The notes: generated by a model from the sequence alone, not told the origin. A DNA stretch of 63,483 nt, filler included, from Chiloscyllium plagiosum (GCF_004010195.1; 4 parts of one record of this genome joined end to end with filler, not necessarily neighbours in it); one strand, 5' to 3'. Counted from the whole stretch's first letter, positions 1 to 12,323 are shown. Numbers and translations: made by a program.

Positions 1-597
1 CCTCCTAGCCGAGCGCTTTAGGGAACATCTCCGAGACACCCGCACCAATCAACCAAATCGCCCCGTGGCTCAACATTTGAACTCCCCCTCCCACTCTGCC
101 GAGGACATGGAAGTCCTGGGCCTCCTTCACCGCCACTCCCTCACCACCAGATGCCTGGAGGAAGAACGCCTCATCTTCTGCCTCGGAACACTTCAACCCC
201 AGGGCATTAATGTGGATTTTAACAGTTTCCTCATTTCCCCTTCCCCCACCTCATCCTAGCTTCTAACCTCCAGCAACTCGATCCCCTGACCTGTCCGGAC
301 TTGTCCGACCTGCCCAGCTCCTTTTCCACCTATCCACTCCACCCTCTCCTCCCTGACCTATCACCTTCATCTCCTTCCCCACTGACCTATTGGACTCTAT
401 GGTACTCTATCCCCACCCCCACCCTCCTCTAGCTTATCTCTCCACGCTTCAGGCTCTCTGCCTTTATTCCTGATGAAAGGCTTTTGCCCGAAACGTCAAT
501 TTTGCTGCTCGTCGGATGCTGCCTGAATTGCTGTGCTCTTCCAGCACCACTGATCCAGAATCTGGTTTCCAGCATCTGCAGTCATTGTTTTTACCTT
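1..597 (+). mobile_element. Penelope-like element (PLE), 3' portion: GIY-YIG endonuclease C-terminus plus pseudo-LTR/tail
   Basis: Translation RFREHLRDTRTNQPNRPVAQHLNSPSHSAEDMEVLGLL...EEERLIFCLGTLQPQGINVDFNSF resembles the vertebrate PLE GIY-YIG C-terminus. It is followed by a C-rich UTR, a hammerhead motif at 470-497 and the tail ccagcatctgcagtc shared with other copies in the window. Confidence 0.85.
470..497 (+). ncRNA. Minimal type I hammerhead ribozyme motif (PLE-associated)
   Basis: CTGATGA-A-AGGC-tttt-GCCC-GAAA-C-GTC: both core boxes and a GUC triplet are present; one mismatch at the base of stem II. Confidence 0.65.
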
Positions 598-598
598 A

Positions 599-836
599 GT
601 GTCTGTGTGGAGTTTGTACATTCTCCCTGTGTCTCGTGGGTTTCCTCGGGGTGCTCTGGTTTCCTCCCACATTCCAAAAATGTGCAGGTTAGGTGAATTA
701 GCCATGCTAAATTGCCTGTAGTGTTAGGTGTAGGGGTAAATGTAGGGGAATAGGTCTGAGTGGGTTACTCTTTGGAGGGTTGATCTGGACTGGTTGGGCC
801 AAAGGGCCTGTTTCCACACTGTAGGGAATCTAATCT
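599..836 (+). mobile_element. HE1/V-SINE, lacking its 5' head
   Basis: V-domain core gtctgtgtggagtttgtacattctccctgtgtctcgtgggtttcctcggggtgctctggtttcctcccaca and CR1-type tail gggcctgtttccacactgtagggaatctaatct. Confidence 0.85.
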
Positions 837-1389
837 ACTGCACATGTCGACTCACTAGTGTGCTATGTGACTGAAGCACAACCTCCCTGCTTTTGTGTTC
901 AATTCCTTCACATTAAATGATAACATTCTATGGGTATTGTCCAGTTTAGGTGGGTATTATCCAGTTCGCCTTGTTTTTTACTATGCTTCACATTATTTAA
1001 TTGATAAAACCAGAAACACCTCATTTAATAATTCATTAAATCTTCAATCTTCAACCCAACTTGCTGTGTTTATTTCTCCATATAAGCTTTTGGCTATTTG
1101 AACAATATATCTCCTGATGTGTTCTGTAACTAATTTTGTGCAGACATTTCATTGTAAATTGTCCCTTTTCCCTTATCCCTAATATCTTTCATATAACTTT
1201 TGCTGGATGTTTTGAATTTGTTGGAAAAAGACAGTGGCAATCATAAATGGGTAACTTTGCTTGAACTATATTCTAAATCTACAGTTGGCAGTAATATCCT
1301 CTGTGAGTTTTTTTGTAGCTGGAGGAAACACTGAGAACATATTTGCTTTCCAATGCATCTAACTGTAGGGTTTTTTTTTATAATTGCAG

Positions 1390-1569
1390 AGGTTTCTAAA
1401 GTATGCAGGCTGGAAGCAGATTCAGGACCATGCCGTGCTTCCTTTGTGAGATATTTCTATAACTTTACAACAGGACAATGTGAACAATTTATATTTGGTG
1501 GTTGCTTTGGAAATGATAATAATTTCAACGACATTTCATCTTGCCAGAATGAGTGCAAGCCAATATCAG
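1390..1569 (+). CDS. TFPI2: Tissue factor pathway inhibitor 2, Kunitz domain 2 exon (internal, phase 1-1)
   Basis: Acceptor ttgcag|1390, donor 1569|gtagct. Encodes VSKVCRLEADSGPCRASFVRYFYNFTTGQCEQFIFGGCFGNDNNFNDISSCQNECKPIS with canonical Kunitz C-x8-C-x15-C-x7-C-x12-C-x3-C spacing. The start matches TFPI2 KD2 (VPKVCRL as recalled for human). Confidence 0.93.
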
Positions 1570-1664
1570 GTAGCTATTTTATAATATATCTTTCTTCATT
1601 TTAAATGACAATAGATTTGTGCTGCAGTAAGTCAGATATTTTCAAAGCTATAATTTCTTTACAG

Positions 1665-1838
1665 TTTTACCCTCATTCTGTACCAAGCCCAATGATAAGG
1701 GATCTTGTGCAGCTGATATCCTGCGGTTTTACTTCAACGATGAGAAAGGGATCTGTGAGACATTCACTTACTCTGGCTGTGGCGGAAATGACAATAACTT
1801 TATCACTCTGAATGCTTGTCAAAAGATTTGTCAACCAC
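1665..1838 (+). CDS. TFPI2: Tissue factor pathway inhibitor 2, Kunitz domain 3 exon (internal, phase 1-1; frame not shown in the ORF track)
   Basis: Acceptor ctttacag|1665, donor 1838|gtaagt. Encodes VLPSFCTKPNDKGSCAADILRFYFNDEKGICETFTYSGCGGNDNNFITLNACQKICQP, matching TFPI2 KD3 (PSFC..P.D.G.C and FTY.GCGGNDNNF). Splices in frame to the previous exon across a 95-bp intron. Confidence 0.95.
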
Positions 1839-2440
1839 GTAAGTCACCCAGCTCCCGATAATTAAGGGAAGACATGTCAATGTGTACAGAGTGGGGGAGC
1901 TCCAGACAGGAGACTTATGATCTGCTGATATTATCTATATCTCTTCACTTATTCCTCCACATTTCATGCCTCATTGACAGGTTTGTTTCTGGTTGTACAG
2001 TTAGGCTGGTAGCCCATGGCCATAGCCAAGGAGCAGAGTATAAGGAGAGAGGGAGAAAGAGAATGTGTTTGTGTTAAAGAAAAACGTGGAGATGGCAGGA
2101 TCCTGGAGGGAGGTGGCAATACTAGGAGCTTGAAGCAGAGGAACATGTTTGCCTGAAGGAAGTACTTCTACTCCTTTCAGTTGACAAGGAGTGCTGGAAA
2201 TGCTTACTTTTCTAAGGCTCAGAAAACCCAGCTGAGAAGTAAAAGGAAAAAATCCCATTTAAAAAAAAAAAAATCCCATGTTAAAAGTAGTTGTTGACTG
2301 AGCTGTTTTCCCCCAAGGCGGATAGGTCACCTGCTCCTTTTGCACCTTCTTCAAAACTGGAAATGCACAAAAAAAGTGTTTTCAGTGGTTTGAAATGTTT
2401 AACTCCTCATGTGATGAGAAACCCACCCATATATGATAAA

Positions 2441-3025
2441 CATAAAGCGTAGAACAGTACAGCACAGGAACGAGCCTGATGTTGTGATGAACATGAGACC
2501 AAATTAAACTAATCCTTTCTGCCTGCCCTTGGTCCATTTATCTTCATTCCTTGCAGATTCGTGTGTTTATCTAAAAGTTCCTTAAACACTCCTATTGTAT
2601 CTGCCTCCACCAGCACCCTGGCAGTGCATTCCAGGCTCCTTCCACTGTGTAAAAAAACTTGTGCCTCACATCTCCTTTGAACTTTCCCTCTCTCACCTCA
2701 AATGCATGCCCCCCCCCCCCCAGTATTGGACATTTTGACAGTCGGGGGGGGGGAGAAAGATTCTGACTGTCAACCTCATCTAAGCATCTTGTAATTTTAT
2801 AGACTTGTATCAAGTCTCCTCTCAACCTTGCTACTTCAGTGAAAACAACCTGAGCTTTTCTAGGCTCTCCTTTTAGTTCATACCCTCTAATCCAGGCAGC
2901 ATCCTGGTAAACCTGTTCTGCACCTTCTCCAAAGCCTCCACATCCTTTCCATAATGTAGTGCCCAGAAGTAATGCTATAGTGTAAGTATTTCCGAATCAA
3001 AGTCTTATAAAGTCGCAACATGACA
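2441..3025 (-). mobile_element. CR1 LINE 3' fragment
   Basis: Minus-strand ORF 2592-2825 (RGDLIQVYKI...GHAFEVREGKFKGDVRHKFF...AWNALP) is the CR1 ORF2 C-terminus; CR1 tail near 2441-2470. Confidence 0.85.
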
Positions 3026-3989
3026 TCTTACCTTTATAATGACTGATTAATTTTACCTGTAATACACTGCAGTTTATTTTCTAATAAGTAAGCAGCTTCA
3101 TATTGCATTGTTATTCTTCTAATGCATCCAGAGTTTCCTTCCTATGTTTGAGCTGGAGCCCTTTGTTTAGGCTAATGCATGGTTGTGGTATCATCTTCAA
3201 TCACTTGGAGCACCCATAACGGTGAGATCACATCAGCAGTTGCCACTAATTATGGCCATCTTTTTCTGGTACAATGTATTGGGACGATGTACCTGTTACA
3301 ATTCAACATGTACAAGCTGGGAGATGTACGTCTGTTTTGTTATATTATTGCGTGTGTGATGGGAGGTAAGACAAGGAATATTGGGATTGATCATGTTTGG
3401 CAGAAGCTGTTAAGATCGAAGTGATGCCGAGGATTGTGTGTGAAACAGTTTGAGAGGCTATTGGTTAATCTTTAAGGATACAAATGCAGTACATTAAATA
3501 TTAATACAGGAACAAAGGGGCAAAAGGCTCTTCCTGTACTATAATACTTCTGAGATACTGGGGTTTGTTCATACACTTTGACCATTCCTTAGAATGATAT
3601 TGAAACTTTTGTGACACTGCATCCCGGTCCTTGGACTGATGCCATTGACTTCCTGCTCTCTGAGGAAAGAGATCTCCTTCTCACTCCCTCTTTCTGTCCT
3701 CCTTTCTACCTCCTTTACTAAGGCTTTCAGGATGAGAATGCTGAATACACTTAAAGAATGCTGTGTACTTTGCTGCACCATTTATTCTGCTCACAAACAC
3801 TTCCAGCATGACTTCCACTTCAGCCAGAATGCACCTCCCCTTTAAGAGGTGGAAGCTGACTTTAAGTGAAGCTGACTACATTTAGATTGTGTTAGGCTCA
3901 CACAGGCTAGAGTCCCTTGCTGACAACATGTGCAGTCATTCATCAACAAGTATAGCATTTATCTCTCTTAAATTAGCAAACAGCTTAAA

Positions 3990-6215
3990 TACTAAACGTG
4001 CAAATTAATCACAACATCACAATCTTTATGATCTGTTTTAGGGTCAATAATGGTTGAATAACTACTCTGCCCCAGTATTACAGTAGAAAAGGAGGAGACC
4101 TTGCCGGAAGTTAATAGTGGATCGGAAACAATCAGATTAAAGTAAAACACTGGTAATGAGGAAATTAATGGAATTAAAGTGTGACAAATCCTGCAGACCT
4201 GATGGTTTCCATCCAAGGGTGTTAAAGGGAGCAGGACAGCACATTGTAGGTGCCTCAACTATAATTTTTCAGAGTTTCCTAGATACAGGATTTGTCCCAC
4301 TGGATTGGAAAATTGAAAATCATTCCACTTTTTAAGAAGACGAAAGATGAAAACCGGGGAATTACAGGCCACCTAGCCTAGTGTCTATGGCAGGGATATT
4401 GTTGGCATCTATAATCAAAAATGGGGTAATGAAAACTTCAAATGTATCAGTTATCAGGGAGAGCCAGCATGTATTCATGCCTGACAAATCTCACTGAAAT
4501 GTTTGAAGAGGCAATATGGTAGTGGATAGGGGAGTGTCTTTGGATGTTTTATATGGACTTCCAGAAAGCGTTTGATGACGTTCCACATAACAGACCTTTA
4601 ACTAAGGTAGAAATCCTCAAAATTGAGGCCATATTGCTGACATGGCTCAGAAATTGGTTGAGTGGCATTGAGTAGAAAATAGGGATAACGGGTAGGCGAG
4701 CACTGAGTTTAGGATGTACAAGCAGAATTATTTCAGTCTTGCATATAGTCTGTTTAAATCTTCTATGGAAATAGCCACATGGTTTTCTAAACTTATCTAA
4801 GCCTGACCATACCTGATATACATTTAGTAGATCATCATTTTTAAAACATTTTGTCCATGAATGTTAGCAGATCATCCAAATCTTCCTCAATGTTCAAATT
4901 TTGAGGCTCCACCTCTGAGAATACTTTACACCTCATTCAACTTTTAGCAGCAAACCTCAGGGGCAAAGTGAAATCTTGTTTATCCTTTGGTCACATCCTG
5001 AAAATTTGACCAATGATATGCCACAAGGATCTCTGTTAGGGCTTCAATTATTCACACCATTAATAACAACTTGTATAGTGGGCTAAAAAAAAATTAAAAT
5101 TTGTTGATGACACAAAGCAGCATTGTAGACTGTGTACTTGCAAATATAAAATCATAAAGAGTTATTGAGGGACTAATTGAATGGGCAAGACTGTAGCAGA
5201 TGGAGTTCAATGTAAGCAAGTGTGAGGTCATCCAATTTAGACTGATAAAGATAGGTCAGGGTACTTTCTAGATGGTGTGAAGTTAAATACAGAGGATGCT
5301 CAAAGAGATTTGGGGGATCTGGTGCATAGATCTTTGAAATATCAAAAACAGATTCAGAAAATAATCAAGAAAGCTTATCGAATGCTGGCCTTTAAATCAA
5401 CAACACCCTGGTTAAACCTCAGTTGGACTCCAGTGAGCAGATCTGGAAACCACACTTTAGGAAGAATAAATTGGCCTTGGAAGGAGTGCAGTGTAGTCTT
5501 ACAAAAATGATACTTGGACTTCAGGGGTTAAGTCATGATGAGAAAATAGACAATTTAGGCCTGTTTTCCCTCAAAATTTAGAAGGTTAAGTGGTACTCTG
5601 ATCAGAATTTTCAAGCTATTTACAGGAAAAGACAGGGTAGATTAAAGATAAACCATTTCTACTGTTTGGAGATTCTAGAAGAAGGGGGCATAGTCAGAGA
5701 ATTGGGGCCAGATCATTCAGGAGAGGATGTTAGGAAGCATTTTTATACACAAAGGGTAGTGTAGTGATTGTAATGAGGTTAGTCAGGTAGACCCCAGAAA
5801 ATAAGTTCCCTCATTGGATCTGCTAATCAGGTCCAATGAGGGAGCCCTGGCTGACAGATAAGAACAGGAATGTCAGACATCCAGTTCAAACTAAGAACTG
5901 GCTCTGCAGAAACTGGATCTGCATAAAGGACTCTCCATGTATAAACAAAGAGAGACTTGGTGATGGGATACTGGCCTCTGTGGAGTTATTTCAGTTAGTA
6001 TATGTCTGGAACCCTCTTCCATAAATGGCAGTGGATGTTGGATTAGTTGTTAAATTTATCTCTCTCCATTTTTAAATTTTGTTAAGTAAAGGTATTAAAG
6101 AATGTAGGTGAAAGGCAGATATATGGAGTTAGGCAACAGATCAGCCATGATCTCATTGAATGAAAGAACAGGCTCAAGAGACTGAATAGCCCTCTCCTGT
6201 TCTATATTCCTATGT
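3990..6215 (+). mobile_element. Old, degraded CR1 LINE ORF2 and 3' tail, interrupted by a solo LTR
   Basis: Recognisable decayed CR1 motifs (gacaaatcctgcagacctgatgg; atggacttccagaaagcgtttgat; gagttcaatgtaagcaagtgtgaggtcatcc) and tail cctgttcctatattcctatg; no long ORF. Confidence 0.8.
5760..5993 (+). mobile_element. Solo LTR of a Gypsy-type retrotransposon
   Basis: TG...CA ends, 5-bp TSD ggtag/gttag (one mismatch), and clear similarity to the LTR at 39424-39632 (tgtag.gattgtaatgagg ... ggtgatgggatac.gg.ctctgtggagttatttca). Confidence 0.8.
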
Positions 6216-6357
6216 CAATCAAATGGTTAGTGTTAAAAAACCAATTATTTTTCCCAAGTTCTTTTACATATATTTTGGTGAGCAGATGAAACCAGCTAAA
6301 TATTGCAATAAAAAAGTTCCATGTGCAGTCCCACCTCAAAGTATCCATATCAAACCC

Positions 6358-6860
6358 ATGATTACACTGGAGAGAGTGTCAAGGAGATTCACTATGATGT
6401 TCACTGGGATAGAAAATCTCAGTTATGAGGAGAGATTGGATAGGCTGGGTTTGTTTTTCTTGGTGCGAATAAAGCTGAGGGGGGATCTGATTGCACTATA
6501 AAAAATCATGAGAGGCACAGATAGGGTAGATCATGAGAATCTTTTCCCTATGGCAGATGTGTCTAAGATTGGACTGCATAAGCTTAAAGTGAGGAATAAG
6601 TGGTTAGAGGAGATCTGAGGAAAGATTTTTTCACCCAGAGGCTGGTAGAAATATAGAATGTATTACCTGAGAGGGTGGGTAAAATGCAAGTACTCTTCCA
6701 GCATTTAAGAAGTATCTGAATGAACACTTACAATGGGATGGCATTGTAGGCTACGGACCGGGTACAGGAAAATGGGATTAGTGTAGTTTGGTAATTGTTG
6801 ATTAGCATAGGCGTAGTGGGCTAAAGGGACAACTTCAATGCTGTATGGCGCTATGATGAT
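6358..6860 (+). mobile_element. CR1 LINE 3' fragment
   Basis: LERVSRRFTMMFTGIENLSYEERLDRLGLFFL...LRGDLI motif followed by a CR1 3'UTR. Confidence 0.85.
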
Positions 6861-7299
6861 TAAGATTTTTAGATGATATTTAACTGCTTTATAACTGATA
6901 TTAGGTGCTTTTTAACATTTCAGTGAGACATTATACATCCACAACCAGCTCATGCACATATAAATTAGAATAAGCATCAATACATACAGGTAAAACAGTA
7001 GAAATAGTCAACTAAAAGGATTGGGGGTAGTAATGGTGGGTCGGGGGAATGAAGTTGGCACGGATTGATTGTCAAAGCTTAAGTATCTAACCTAAACATG
7101 TTTTGGATGCTTAATTTACCATTTCAAAATGGTAACCTAGTCTATGAGAATATTTGGATAATAATAATGACACTTGTTTCATTTGTTCTGGACCAAGGTA
7201 AGAAGTGGTTGCCAAATGCAATCAACTCCAGCTTTCTTCGGAGGCTTCCTATAAGAAGTGGGCCCAGGGAAGCTGGTTTGAGAGGAAGGATTCCCTAGC

Positions 7300-8380
7300 A
7301 CTGTAATTGACAGTGACCTCAGCTAGATCTGACTCATGTCCCTCACTTTGGTCCTCACCCGCTCTCTTCCCTCCTGCAACAGCACTAAGGTCCCCCTTCT
7401 CCTCACCTACTATTCCCAACAACACTCACATCCAGAGGATCATTACCCTGCGTTTCCACCATCTCCAGCAGGATGCCAACAGCAGTCACACATTCCACTC
7501 TTCTCCCTTTCCAGCCTTACACAGGGACCATTCCCTCCAGTCAACTCCTCCTTCACTCCCAACACCTCCCCCATGGCACCTTCCCCTGTAACCACAGATG
7601 GTATAGCACCTGTCCATTTACTTCCTCCATTCTCACTATCCAAGGCCCCAAATCCATCTTCCAGGTGAAGCAGTGCTTTACCTGCACTTCACTCAATCTA
7701 GTCGACTGCATTTGCTGCTCACAATGTGGTCTCATCCACATTGGGGAAACGAAGTGCAGACTGGGTGACTGCTTGACAGAACACCTATGCTCTGTCTGGA
7801 ATAAAGACCCTGAGCTTCCTGTTGCTTGCCACTTCAACTCACCGCTGTGTTCTCTGGTCAACAAATCTATGCAGGCTTGCTGCAGTGCTCCAGTGAAGCT
7901 CAGTGCAAGCTGAAAGAACAGTTCTTTATTTTCCACTTGGGAACTCTGCTGCCTACTGGACCTGATATTGAATTCAACAACTTTAGGGCTTGAGCACCTT
8001 TCTCCATGCTTTCGCCCAGCACCTTCCCTCCATGACACGAGGCTTTGGCATCACATGGGTTGCTACCATGCACTACCCATTGTCAGTCACTAATAGTCCC
8101 CTTTAGCAGCTATTCATCCCCCAAACTGATCTTTAACCACTCCCTTGTCTATCCAATTGTGTTTCTCTCTCTTCTGAGCTCTACATCTCACCCATCATTT
8201 ACTCTTTCCCCAACCCATCTTCTGCACAAAAACCATTATTTTCTGAGCTACTATCAGTTCTGAAGAAGAGTTACCAGACCCAAAATGTTATCTCTGATTT
8301 CTCTGCACAATGCTCCCAGATCTGCTGAGATTTTCCAGTTTTCTTTCAGATTTCCAGCATCCCCACAGTTCTTTCAGTTT
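7300..8380 (+). mobile_element. Penelope-like element fragment (GIY-YIG region plus 3' tail), degraded
   Basis: ORF 7473-7913 FQVKQCFTCTSLNLVDCICCSQCGLIHIGETKCRLGDCLTEH...PVACHFNS is a PLE GIY-YIG domain with CxxC. Decayed hammerhead CTGAAGA...CAAAA at 8260-8288. Confidence 0.85.
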
Positions 8381-8479
8381 ATGCTCTGATGACCTGGCTG
8401 TGTGAAAGAAACTTGAGATGATTTGTTCAATTTGGCCATAGAGAGACCCACTTATTATATCACAACAAGTCTTTTTCAA

Positions 8480-9100
8480 GAGTAAATAATTCGTAGTATC
8501 AAAAGCATTGTGCGGAGATATTGTATCCAAGTTATCCCAGGGACACATGGGTATTCAACACCAGCCAACAGGTATTTGAGTCAGTGTACTGGTCAGTGAT
8601 GAATCTGGATATTTGAAGACTTGTAAGTTCATGTCAGGCATGTCAAATGAAGCAATGGAGAGAGCATCCACGCCTCCACAACGTCCTAGCCATCCCTTGG
8701 ATTTTAGTAGCAACCGATCTCTTCAGTGTACAGAAAGACTATATCCATGTAATGGATTATTTCTCCAAATTTCCTTTCCACAACAACTTAGCAACATAGC
8801 AAACATAACTCTTGCTGACATGATGAAAAGTATTTTCAGGTTATTCTGTATCCCATATTGGGCAGTGTCTGACAACAGGCCATTATTAACCTGCAAATCG
8901 TTTCAAGGTGTGTGATAAGAGGAAGTGACCCATTGTCACCCCAGCAGAACGTGTTGTGTGTACATAAAATCAATGGTTATTAAGTTTTAAGCAACAAAGG
9001 AGACTTGGGGTTTGCATTGCTTCATTTTTGTGCAACACCAATGGAGAAGGGATTACCATTTCCAGCACAAATTATACTCAAAATGCCAGCAAGCTGAACA
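8480..9100 (+). mobile_element. Degenerate LTR-retrotransposon (Gypsy-like) integrase relic
   Basis: Frameshifted remnants of the integrase zinc finger (QGHMGI; ESVYW; CQACQ) and of the core (SIFRLFCIPYWAVSDNRP, resembling F.R.GIP..VVSDNGP). Confidence 0.55.
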
Positions 9101-9747
9101 GAGCACTGAAGTATCTATTGTTGTAGAGGAAATGTTAGTGTGTGATGTAGCCAAAAGCTCATGGAAGGATCCCCGTAGAGTCTTCTCTTGGAGGAATAGC
9201 TGGAAAACAAAGGGAACTTAATGTAAACTCTGGAGGACAGTGAATAAGCCTTTAGAATTTTGTAAGATAAGGGAGCTCTTGGGCAGTGTGTAGGGGGCGT
9301 GGGCAAGGTTAGAGCAAAGATTAGAACAAAATTTCTGGTATAAACCCTTACAATTTACAGATTGCACCCCTCCCCCCCACTTTATTGAATTTCTATTTCT
9401 ATATCCAATAAATTAAGCTTTTGTGACAGGTATTAAATCTTGTGACATAGTTCTGAGACTTAATTGGTGTTTGGATTTCTTCTTTAAACATTAATGATCA
9501 CAACAAATTTTGTGTCAGGGCTTGAGCACCCTGGAAAAGATTTGCGATGGTATCATGGAGCTATTACCCCGGGCATAAAAAAACAAAGTTTGGGAGGAGT
9601 TGATTAGATTTAAAAAAAACAAAGCACATGTAGCTACTCATCTTTTCAATGACGTAACAGTAAGATGAGAGCCCGGTGTATCTCGTATTACCATGTTTAC
9701 TTGCATTTAATAATAATTTGCAGTTAACCAAGATGATCTTGTTTTAT

Positions 9748-12190
9748 GACAATAGACAATAGGTGCAGGAGTAGGCCATTTGGCCCTTCCAGCCAGTACC
9801 ACCATTCATTATGATCATGGCTGATCATCCTCAATCAGTATCCTGTTCCTGCCTTATCCCCATAACCCTTGATTCCACTATCCTTAAGAGCTCTATCCAA
9901 CTCTTTCTTGAAAGTACCAGAGACTTGGCCTCCACAGCCTTCTGGAGCAGTGCATTCCATACACCCACCACTCTCTGGGTAAAGAGGTTTCTCCTCAACT
10001 CTGTTCTAAATGGCCTACCCTTTGTTTTTAAGCTGTGTCCTCTGGTTCGGGACTCCCCCATCAGCAGAAACATGCTTCCTGCCTCCAGAGTGTCAAATCC
10101 TTTAATAATCTTTATACGTCTCAATCCGATCCCCTCCCGTCCTTCTAAATAATTATATACAAGCCCAATCGCTCCAATCTTTCAACGTATGATAGTCCTG
10201 ACATTCTGGGAATTGACCTCGTGAACCTACGCTGCACTCCCTCAACAGCCAGAATGTCCTTCCTCAAATCTGGAGACCAAAACTTCACACAATACTCCAG
10301 GTGCAGTCTCACCAGGTCCCTGTACAGCTGCAGAAGGACGTCTTTGCTCCTATTCTCAATTCCTCTTGTTATGAATGCCAGCATGTCATTAGCTTTCTTC
10401 ACTGCCTGCTGAACCTGCATGCTTGCTTTCATTGATGTACAAGAACACCTAGATCTCATTGTACTTCCCCTTTATCTAACTTTACTCCATTTAGATAGTA
10501 ATACGCCTTCCTGTACTTGCCACCAAAGTGGATAACCACACATTTATCCACATTAAGTTGCATCTGCCATGCATCCATCCTCTCACCTAGCCTATCCAAG
10601 TCACCCTGTATTCTCATAACATCCTCCTCACATTTCATCCTGCCACCCCACTTTGTGTCATCAGCAAATTCACTAATATTACTTTTAATACCTTCATCTA
10701 TATCATTAATGTATATTGTAAACAGCTGCGGTCCCAGCACTGAATCTTGTGGTACTCCACTGGTCACTGCCTGCCATTCCTAAAGGGACCTGTTTATCAC
10801 TACTCTTTGCTTCCTGTTAGCCTGCCAATTTTCAATCTAAGTCAGTATTTTGCCCCCAATACCATGTGCCCTAATTTTGCTCACTAATCTCCTATGTGGG
10901 ATTTTATCAAAGGCTTTCTGAAAGTCCATTTACAATACATCTACTGGCTCTCCCTTGTCCATCTTCATAGTTACATACGATTTCCCTTCGTAAATCCATG
11001 CTGACTCTGACCTATCCTGTTACTGCTATCCAATTGACTCCAGCATCTTTCCCACCACTATTGTCAGGCTAACCGGTCTATAATTCCCTGTTTTCTCTCT
11101 CCCTCCCTTCTTGAAAAGTGGGAAAACATTAGCCACCCTCCAATCCACAGGAACTGATCCTGAATCTATAGAACATTGGAAAATGATCACCAAAGTGTCC
11201 ACGATATCTAGAGCCAACTCCTTCAGTACCCTGGGATGCAGATCGGGGACATATCAGCTTTCAGACCTATCAGTCTATCCAACACCATTTCCTGCCTAAT
11301 ATAAATTCCCTTCAGTTCATCCATTACTCGAGGTCCTTTAGCCACTATTACATCTGGAAGATTGCTTGTGTCTTACCCAGTGAAGACAGATCCAAAGTAC
11401 CTATTCAACTCTTCTGCCATTTCCTTGCTCCCCATAATAAATTCACCCATTTCTGTCTTCAATTTTAGCCTTAACCATTTTGTTCTTTTCACACATCTAA
11501 AAAAGCTTTTACTATCCTTCTTTATATTTTTGGCCAGTTTGCCTTTGTATCTCATTTTTCTTCTCCGCATTTGCCTTTTTAGTTATCCTCTGTTGCTCTT
11601 TAAAAGTTTCCCAGTTCTCCACCTTCCTGCTTATCTTTGCTATGTTGTACTTCCTCTCTTTTATCTTTATACAGTCCTGAACTTCCCTCGCCAGCCATGG
11701 CCACCCCTGCATCCCCTTAGGATCTTTCTTCCTCTTTGGAATGAGCTGATCGTGCACCTTCTGCATTATACCCAGAAATACCTGCCATTGTTGTTCCACT
11801 GCCATCCCTGCGAGGGTATTGAACCACTGAACGTTGGCCAGCTCCTCCCTCATCACTCCATAGTTCTCTTTGTTCAACTGAAATGCTGACACTTCTGATT
11901 CTCCCTTCTCCCTCTCAAATTGCAGATTAAAACTGATCATATTATGGTCATTATCTCCTAATGGCTCCTTTACTTCGAGGTCCCTGATGAAATCTGGTTT
12001 ATTGCACAATTGCCTTCTCCCTGGTAGACTCCAGTACATGCTGTTCTAAGGATGCATCTCGGAAACACTCCATATACTCCCTTTCTTGGGGTCCAGTGCC
12101 ATTCTGATTCTCCCAGTCTACCTGCATGTTGAAATCCCCTGTAATAGTACCTTTGTGACAGGCCAATTCCAACTCCTTATTCAACCCAGA
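9748..12190 (-). mobile_element. CR1 LINE (endonuclease end to 3' tail), antisense within the last TFPI2 intron
   Basis: Minus ORFs carry GDFNMQVDW, EPLGDNDHNMI, PVDWRVANVFPLFKKGGREKTGNYRPVSLT, TSGVPQDSVLGPQLFTIYIND, FADD and HLEYCVKFWSP; tandem tail (gacaata)2 at 9748. Confidence 0.92.
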
Positions 12191-12323
12191 GTTTTAAAAC
12201 TGTTAGCCCATGTTACACAAAATACTCTTGGTGGTTGTTGTTGTAAGATTGTTGGATATGCAGGTTGCATAGAACATCAAAAATATATTGATTTTCCTTG
12301 ATATTTTGTTTCCTTTTTAACAG

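Noticed and set aside
1353..1604. 83-aa single-exon Kunitz ORF with a hydrophobic start resembling a signal peptide
   Set aside because: MHLTVGFFFII is the translated polypyrimidine tract; splice sites define an internal exon 1390-1569.
1605..1811. 68-aa ORF overlapping the KD3 exon
   Set aside because: Wrong frame; the Kunitz domain is in another frame that lacks a start codon.
6924..6973. Potential alternative TFPI2 terminal exon after ttttaacatttcag (LRHYTSTTSSCTYKLE*)
   Set aside because: Only an acceptor-like site; no homology, basic tail or GPI-signal character.
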